Below, in pieces: positions 57,972-64,000 of a stretch of DNA of 64,000 bases. Numbering within the stretch: position 1 is the stretch's first letter; each line of letters begins with the position of its first letter. The notes under the pieces were generated by a model. It did not search any database, was not told the DNA's origin, and saw only the letters and a program-made list of their open reading frames with translations. A program made the translations under genes and the position numbers. Source of the stretch: an uncultured delta proteobacterium (GTDB taxonomy: Bacteria; Myxococcota_A; Polyangia; Polyangiales; Polyangiaceae); the NCBI GenBank assembly GCA_963850305.1, contig CAWKKR010000004.1, positions 512,001 through 576,000 of the forward strand, in the 5' to 3' direction.

Positions 57972-59651
57972 ATGCCCGATAGCCCCGACTCGATGGCACT
58001 GCGGGAGGGACGAGGGGATTCGCGCATCGGCATGCTTCTCTCGGAGCGATATCGAATCGACGCGCTCGTCGATCGCGGCGCGATGGGCTCCGTGTACGCG
58101 GCCGAACACGTGCTCATGCACAAGCGCGTCGCGATCAAGGTGTTGCACCGCGAGCTGACGATGGTGCCGGAGTTCGTGGCGCGGTTCGAGCGAGAGGCGC
58201 GAGCGGCAGCGAACATCGACAGCGATCACGTCGTCGCGGCGACGGATTTCGGGAAGCTACCGGACGGTGCCGTGTTCCTGGTGCTCGAGTTCATCGAGGG
58301 AAAGAATCTGCGCGACGAGATGACTGCCGGACTCATGCCGGTCGCGCGCGTGCTTCACATCGGGCGCCAGATTGCCGTCGCCCTCGGGGCGGCACACGCC
58401 CTTCGAATCGTGCACCGGGACCTCAAGCCGGAGAACGTGATGCTCGTCGAGAAGGGCGGCGATGCGGACTTCGTCAAGGTGCTCGACTTCGGGATCGCGA
58501 AGGTTCCGATCGGAGAGATTGACCTGAGTGACGGGCTCACCAGAAAGCCAATCACCAAGGCCGGCATGGTGTTCGGGACGCCGGAGTACATGCCCCCGGA
58601 GCAAGCGCTCGGACAGGACGTCGACAGGACAGCGGACCTGTACTCGCTCGGAGTGATGCTCTTCGAAATGCTCGCCGGATGCCGGCCGTTCGTCGCGCGA
58701 AGTCAGGTCGGCGTGCTGGGACAGCAGCTCTCAACGGACGCGCCGAAGATCGCGGAGCGTGCGCCCGGAGTCGTCGTACCGCCACGCGTCGAGCGGCTGA
58801 TCCAGAGGCTCTTGGCGCGCGAAGCCTCCGAGCGACCGCCGAAAGCCGAAGACGTCGCGGCCGAGATCGACGCGCTGCTCGGCATCGACCCGGGCCGTCT
58901 GCGCATTCCGACGTTGCAGCTGGGGACGGGAACGACGCGCCCGTCGAGCCTCGACGAGGACGGCTTCCCCACGCGCAAGATGTCGACTTCGATTCCGCCC
59001 GCGCCCCTGACGCGATTGAGCCACCTCGTCGACGCGAGGCGCCGGCTGCTCCCGGCAGCATTACGCGGTTGGCCTGCGCCCGTGCTCGTCAGCGTGCCAC
59101 TGGGCGTCGCGGGATTCTTGCTCGGATTTGCGATCACGAGGATGCTGTCCACGAGACACCCGACCGTCGTTCTGGCGCCAGTCACAATCTCGAGCGCAGC
59201 GGTATCGATGGGCTCGCCCGCGCGGGCGGTGGAGCCGGCCGCAGTGGTACCGCCGACCGCGACGAAGCCGACCGCGGCGGAGCTGGGGGAAGCGTCCTCG
59301 AAAGGCTCGACCGCCCTTACCGCCCTCGAGCTGAAGTATCCGAACGATGCGTCCGTCCGAGTCGCGCTCGTCGGCGCCCGGTTGAAGGAGAAGGATCCCG
59401 GCGCGGCGGTCCAGGCACTCGCCGAGGCGCTCGCGCTCGACCCCGATCTCGACGGCGATGCACGAGTTGCGAGCGCACTCTGGGTTCTCGTGCAGAACAG
59501 AAAAAGCTCGCCGCGCGCGTTCGAGCTCCTCGAAGGCCCGATGGGCGAGCGCGGCCAATCCATCCTAAACGACCTCGTGACGACCCGAGCCGTGCGGGCA
59601 GGCGTGCGCGCGCGAGCCAAGCGCGCCCTGGCATCGCTGAATAACCGCTGA
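57972..59651 (+). CDS. Membrane-anchored Ser/Thr protein kinase
   Basis: RGAMGSVY, VAIK, HRDLKPEN, DFG and GTPEYMPPE motifs; TM segment and TPR-like C-terminus. Confidence 0.93.
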   Translation: MPDSPDSMALREGRGDSRIGMLLSERYRIDALVDRGAMGSVYAAEHVLMHKRVAIKVLHRELTMVPEFVARFEREARAAANIDSDHVVAATDFGKLPDGAVFLVLEFIEGKNLRDEMTAGLMPVARVLHIGRQIAVALGAAHALRIVHRDLKPENVMLVEKGGDADFVKVLDFGIAKVPIGEIDLSDGLTRKPITKAGMVFGTPEYMPPEQALGQDVDRTADLYSLGVMLFEMLAGCRPFVARSQVGVLGQQLSTDAPKIAERAPGVVVPPRVERLIQRLLAREASERPPKAEDVAAEIDALLGIDPGRLRIPTLQLGTGTTRPSSLDEDGFPTRKMSTSIPPAPLTRLSHLVDARRRLLPAALRGWPAPVLVSVPLGVAGFLLGFAITRMLSTRHPTVVLAPVTISSAAVSMGSPARAVEPAAVVPPTATKPTAAELGEASSKGSTALTALELKYPNDASVRVALVGARLKEKDPGAAVQALAEALALDPDLDGDARVASALWVLVQNRKSSPRAFELLEGPMGERGQSILNDLVTTRAVRAGVRARAKRALASLNNR

Positions 59652-59686
59652 AAAAAAACGCGGGGCCGACCGATGTCGACCCCGCG
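59651..59686 (-). terminator. Rho-independent terminator of the DsbA-like gene
   Basis: Stem CGCGGGGCCGAC-CGAT-GTCGACCCCGCG flanked by A8 on the + strand (U8 on the minus transcript). Confidence 0.8.
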
Positions 59687-59725
59687 CTCAAGAGACTCGC
59701 TCCCCGGGGGGAGCCGAGCTCCTTC

Positions 59726-61669
59726 TTACTTCGCTTCCTTCAGGGCAAGCTTGATCAGCTTGTCGAACTGCTGGAACGGCTGTGCGCCGCTCACGAAGTA
59801 GCCGTTGATCGTGAAGCCGGGCGTCCCGCGGATGCCGGCGGCATCCGCGATCTGCTTGTCCTTGTCGACTGCACCCTTGTTCGTGTGGTTATCGAGCGCC
59901 GCCTTGAACTTCGCCATGTCGAGTCCGACGTCCTGCGCAATCTGCTCGAGCGCCGGCCGCTTGATGTCCGGCTGCTTCTCGAACAGCTCGTCGTGGAACT
60001 TCCAGAATGCGTCGTTGCCCTTCTGGACGAACGCTTCGTACGCCGCCTCCGCAGCGAGCGGCGCGTCCTGGTGGAAGTCGAGGGGCGTGTTGCGCCACAC
60101 GATCTTCACCTTGCCCGCGTACTCCTGCATGATCTGAGCGACGGTCGGTTCGACGCGCTTGCAGAATGGACACTGGAAGTCCGAGAACTGCTGGATGACG
60201 ATCTTCGCGTTGGCCGGGCCCTTGAAGGGGTTGTCCTTGCCCGGCGCTGGAACGTCCTTCTTCTCGGGGGGAGGCGGGCCCTTCGCGTCCTTCATGATCT
60301 CGTCGTAGACCTTCGCGCGGGGAACGCCCTTCGCAACGAGTCCCTTCGCGTGCGCGATCTCCTCGTCGATGAGCTTCTTGAAGTTCTCGAAGGGTTGCGC
60401 GCCCGAAAGCCTGCGCCCGTTGATGAAGAAGTGCGGCGTGCCGCGCGCGTTCAAGTCCATGGCGAGATCGGCACTGGCCGAGAACAGGTCCTTGTACTTG
60501 TCCGTGTCGATCGCATTCTTCACCTGCGTCCAGTTGAGCCCGGCCGCCTCGGCGATCTTCTGGAGACCCGCGTCCTCGATGTCGCCGCTGGGATCGTACA
60601 TGGCGTCATGGACCTGCCAGAAAGCCTTGTCGCCCTTCGTCTCGTAGGCAAACCGCGCGAGCGTCGCCGCCGGCTTGGCTCGGTTGTGGAACGGAAGGGG
60701 GTTATCCTTCCATACGAACCGAACGTCCGCGGCGTACGTGTCGCGGATCTGCTTGAGCGTCGCTTCCGCGCGCTTGCAGAACGGGCACTGGAAGTCCGAC
60801 CACTCCACGATCGTGACGAGCGCGTCCGCAGGACCGCGCACGGGATCCTTCGGATCCACGGGCACCTTCCACACGGTCTTGTCGTCTTCCGCCGGAGCCT
60901 GCTGGGCCTTTTGCGCGGTCGGCGTCTCGGGCGCCTGGTAAAACTTCTTCGACAGTGCGACGTACAGATCGCTCGGCTTCGTGCCCTGCTTGAGCAGGGT
61001 CTGCGCCTCTTCGAGCTGCTGGTCGATCACTTTCTTGAAGTTCTCGAAGGGTTGCGCGCCGCTCACGGTGACGCCGTTGATGCGGAACGCTGGCGTGCCG
61101 TTCGCACCGACCTTCGCCGCCAGGGCGATGTCCTGATCGACCTTGGCCGTGAACTTCTTCGACGCAAGAGCCGCCTTGAACTTGTTCACGTCGACGCCCG
61201 ACGCGGCCGCCCACTTTTCGTAGTTCTCGTCCGTGAGGTTCTGTTGATTCGCGAAAGCGAGATCGTGGAACTTCCAGAACGCGTCGTTCCCACCGAGACC
61301 GAATACCGTCATCGCGGCATCGGCGGTCGGTCGCGCGTGGTTGTGGAACGGAAGGGGCTCGTTCTTCCACACGATGCGGACCTTGTCGGGCCCGTAGGTG
61401 TCGCGGATCTGCTTGATCGTCGGCTCGACGCGCGAGCAGAACGGGCATTGAAAGTCACTGATCTGGACGATCGTGACCGGCGCGGTTGCCTTTCCCCATT
61501 GCGGATCTTTGTCCGTCACGGGGACTGGAGAGTCGCTCTGATCGCCGCCAGCGGCGGTCGGCTCGGCGCCGATGTCGACGTTACCGTTTCGGTGGTCGAC
61601 TCCATACATGAATCCCATCCCCACTAAAAAGCAGAGAAAGAACCCAACTATTGCGGTTCCCTTGTTCAT
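59726..61669 (-). CDS. Triple DsbA/thioredoxin-domain membrane-anchored protein
   Basis: N-terminal TM and three repeats of SDFQCPFC...GTP.F.ING...SGAQPF. Confidence 0.9.
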   Translation of the reverse strand: MNKGTAIVGFFLCFLVGMGFMYGVDHRNGNVDIGAEPTAAGGDQSDSPVPVTDKDPQWGKATAPVTIVQISDFQCPFCSRVEPTIKQIRDTYGPDKVRIVWKNEPLPFHNHARPTADAAMTVFGLGGNDAFWKFHDLAFANQQNLTDENYEKWAAASGVDVNKFKAALASKKFTAKVDQDIALAAKVGANGTPAFRINGVTVSGAQPFENFKKVIDQQLEEAQTLLKQGTKPSDLYVALSKKFYQAPETPTAQKAQQAPAEDDKTVWKVPVDPKDPVRGPADALVTIVEWSDFQCPFCKRAEATLKQIRDTYAADVRFVWKDNPLPFHNRAKPAATLARFAYETKGDKAFWQVHDAMYDPSGDIEDAGLQKIAEAAGLNWTQVKNAIDTDKYKDLFSASADLAMDLNARGTPHFFINGRRLSGAQPFENFKKLIDEEIAHAKGLVAKGVPRAKVYDEIMKDAKGPPPPEKKDVPAPGKDNPFKGPANAKIVIQQFSDFQCPFCKRVEPTVAQIMQEYAGKVKIVWRNTPLDFHQDAPLAAEAAYEAFVQKGNDAFWKFHDELFEKQPDIKRPALEQIAQDVGLDMAKFKAALDNHTNKGAVDKDKQIADAAGIRGTPGFTINGYFVSGAQPFQQFDKLIKLALKEAK

Positions 61670-61858
61670 CTTGTTCTCCCTGAATGGTCCCTCTTGGACC
61701 CGAATGTATCTCGCAGAAATTCCGTGACTTCGGCAGCGCGCCCCGGGGCGCGCGCCTGACGAAACTCGCGCGGAGTTCCGTCGATTTCGATGGCTGAAGA
61801 CCTGGACGGGCGCCAAGCGGTTGCGCGACGCCGTTCCCTTCCACTCCGCCGCGAACGC

Positions 61859-62272
61859 TCAGCCCCGCGGAGGGCGATAAATGGAAACAGCGTGTCCAGG
61901 CGGCAGCAGCATTCTCATCGCTACCGCCGCAGGCAGGAGGCGCCCCTTTGGCGCAGGCAGCCCGAGCGAAACCGCGAGGATTCGCTTCGGAGGATCGTTC
62001 GAAGCGACATCGGGCGAGTCATGCCGAGGCGGTCCCGGGTCGACCCACCGGTGACCCGGTTCATCACAGGGCTTTGGATTCGTCAGGCTCCCGGTCATAT
62101 TCGGAAGAGCTGGGACGGGCGCCACCACCGAGGCTCCGCTCGGGTCGCACATCGGCGCAGCGGCGAACGCCCGCGGCGCAAAGAGCGCTATGACCACGGC
62201 GAGCAGCACGGAAATCCCGTGGGCTTGGGGAGCGCGGAAAGGGCGCGGCCGGACGGCGCGAGTGGAAACCAT
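61859..62272 (-). CDS. Hypothetical secreted protein ending in YRPPRG
   Basis: Signal-like segment ending AFA-AAPMCD; Pro-rich body with two Cys. Confidence 0.6.
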   Translation of the reverse strand: MVSTRAVRPRPFRAPQAHGISVLLAVVIALFAPRAFAAAPMCDPSGASVVAPVPALPNMTGSLTNPKPCDEPGHRWVDPGPPRHDSPDVASNDPPKRILAVSLGLPAPKGRLLPAAVAMRMLLPPGHAVSIYRPPRG

Positions 62273-62419
62273 GGTGTCGCTGAAAGTCGATGCCGGTTTA
62301 GAACCAATTGGGAGGCGGGGCAATTCCCACGAGTCGGCTCGGTTTCGTGCCTGCCGGCGCCGGTTCGCTGGCCCGTCCGATTAGTTGGCCACAGTTGCCT
62401 ACATTGGCACCATGCCACC

Positions 62420-64000
62420 ATGCACGACGTGTCGAGCACGGAGAACGCCCCGCAATCACTCAAGGAAATGGCGCCGCCCAAACCGATGGCGCCTCCGTTG
62501 CCTGAGGGACCGAAGAGCGATCTGCCAAAAAAGCTCGGCCGGCTCACGCTGCTCAAGCCGATCGCCAGGGGTGGGATGGGCGAAGTGTTTCTCGCGACAT
62601 CGGGGGGTATCGAGGGGGCTGAGCGCCCGTGCGTGGTGAAAATCATCCGGCGCGAGTACGCGGAAGATCCGTCCTTCCTGGCTCGGTTTTTCGACGAGGC
62701 GCGCGTCCAGGCGCAGCTCGATCACCCCGGTGTCGCGCGTGTTCTGGAGGCGACGACCGATCCCGCGGGCAAACCACTGGTCGTGGTCGAGTACATCGAG
62801 GGACGGAATCTCGGCGAGGTTCGGAACCGCGGCTCACAGTTGAACGCGTCGATCGGGTGGGCGGAGGCGGTGGCGATTGGCGTCGCGCTCGCGGAGGCTC
62901 TCACTCATGTCCACGAGCGAACGGACGCCAACGGCGCGCCGCTCGGCATCGTGCATCGCGATCTGTCTCCGCAGAACGTGATGGTCGGCTACGGCGGCGA
63001 CGTGAAGCTCATCGACTTCGGGACGGCGCGCGGGGAAAACCGGAAGTGCCACACCGTGAGCGGCGTGGTGCTCGCCAAGCCGGGTTACGTCGCGCCGGAA
63101 GTAGCGAACAATCAACCCGGGGGCGTGGCGGCCGATCTCTATGCGCTCGGCATCATTCTGTGGGAGCTGAGCGCCGGCCGGCGCTTCCTGACGGGCGAGG
63201 CATCCGCGCACGTCGCGGCCGTCGCCGCGGGGCGCCGCAACCCACCGCCGATCGCGGAACTCATGAAAGCCCCACTCGAGCTCGATACGTTGCTGGCGCG
63301 ACTGACCGCGCCGCGCATCGAGGATCGCTTCGCATCGGCGCGGGAAGCGAGCACGGAGCTCGTTCGAGTGCTGAAGAAGGCACCAAGCCTCGCGAACGGG
63401 GAGCGCGGCGTCCGTGCTCGCATCGCGAACGCGATGGAGCGCCTCTACCCTGCGGAGCCCGCTCGTTCGCGCGCGGAACTCGGCCGGCTTCTCGCGACGG
63501 CGCGCAACGCCGAACCCGCGACGAACGCGCCGCCTCCCGCTCCGAGCCCCCACCCTGCTGCGGTCGACGAGTCGTTGTTCCCCGGTACGCGATACCGCAT
63601 CTTGCGCGAGCTCGGACATGGCGCAATGGGCGTCGTTTACGAGGCGCACCACGTGGATCTCGGTCGGGTCGTCGCGCTGAAAGTGCTCCCCAAGGAAAGA
63701 TGCCGCAGCACGGAATTCGAGACGCGGTTTCGACGCGAAGCGCGTTCGATCGCGCGACTCCGCCATCCGAATCTCGTGCAGCTCCACGATTTCGGCGTGT
63801 CGACCGACGGGCGCCCCTATTACGCGATGGAGCTCCTCGAAGGCGAGACCCTGGAGCAATTCCTGGAACGCGAACGGGGCATGGACTGGCGTGAAGCGAC
63901 GCGAATCGGAATCGAGACTTGCTCGGCGCTCGAGGCGGCTCATGCCGCGGGGCTCGTTCATCGGGACATCAAGCCAGGCAACGTCTTTTTGACCCGGGAC
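62420..64000 (+). CDS. Ser/Thr protein kinase with two tandem kinase domains (3'-truncated)
   Basis: Absent from the ORF track because it has no stop; translated by hand. Domain 1: ARGGMGEV, VVK, HRDLSPQN, DFG, APE. Domain 2: GHGAMGVVY, ALK, HRDIKPGN. Confidence 0.9.
   Translation, partial: MHDVSSTENAPQSLKEMAPPKPMAPPLPEGPKSDLPKKLGRLTLLKPIARGGMGEVFLATSGGIEGAERPCVVKIIRREYAEDPSFLARFFDEARVQAQLDHPGVARVLEATTDPAGKPLVVVEYIEGRNLGEVRNRGSQLNASIGWAEAVAIGVALAEALTHVHERTDANGAPLGIVHRDLSPQNVMVGYGGDVKLIDFGTARGENRKCHTVSGVVLAKPGYVAPEVANNQPGGVAADLYALGIILWELSAGRRFLTGEASAHVAAVAAGRRNPPPIAELMKAPLELDTLLARLTAPRIEDRFASAREASTELVRVLKKAPSLANGERGVRARIANAMERLYPAEPARSRAELGRLLATARNAEPATNAPPPAPSPHPAAVDESLFPGTRYRILRELGHGAMGVVYEAHHVDLGRVVALKVLPKERCRSTEFETRFRREARSIARLRHPNLVQLHDFGVSTDGRPYYAMELLEGETLEQFLERERGMDWREATRIGIETCSALEAAHAAGLVHRDIKPGNVFLTRD

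Overview
GC-rich chromosomal DNA, very likely from a myxobacterium (Myxococcota, Polyangiales-like). This is inferred from a myxobacterial Cys-rich-repeat/fibro-slime protein, a TIGR02266-like PilZ protein, Hanks-type kinases and Gly/Cys-rich lipoproteins. About 55 CDSs and one tRNA-Arg(CCG). Bases 1-23 kb and 56-64 kb hold typical myxobacterial envelope and signalling genes. The standout is a ~32 kb block (23.4-55.8 kb) ending 2 nt from the tRNA 3' end. It encodes a candidate fermentative/hypoxia-survival module: PEP synthase, GNAT-fused ADP-forming acyl-CoA synthetase, Pfk, PFOR (nifJ), GH65 phosphorylase plus beta-PGM-like HAD, and a full group 3b [NiFe]-hydrogenase operon. It also carries USPs, CBS proteins, hemerythrin, Hsp20, TrxC, OsmC and a Pcm-erythromycin-esterase fusion. 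By eye I find 9 good (plus 1 weaker) sigma54 -24/-12 motifs in front of these transcription units. Four of them sit 13-14 nt from the start codon (apparently leaderless). A shared palindrome, GYGCA-N5-TGCRC, occurs in five of the intergenic regions and is a candidate enhancer site. The block looks like a sigma54-wired analogue of the mycobacterial DosR dormancy regulon; this is inference. pfk, nifJ, the DHOD-like gene and pcm carry single-base frameshifts that are probably sequencing errors. All product calls come from motif recognition; no database searches were run. Many start codons were re-chosen relative to the ORF track.
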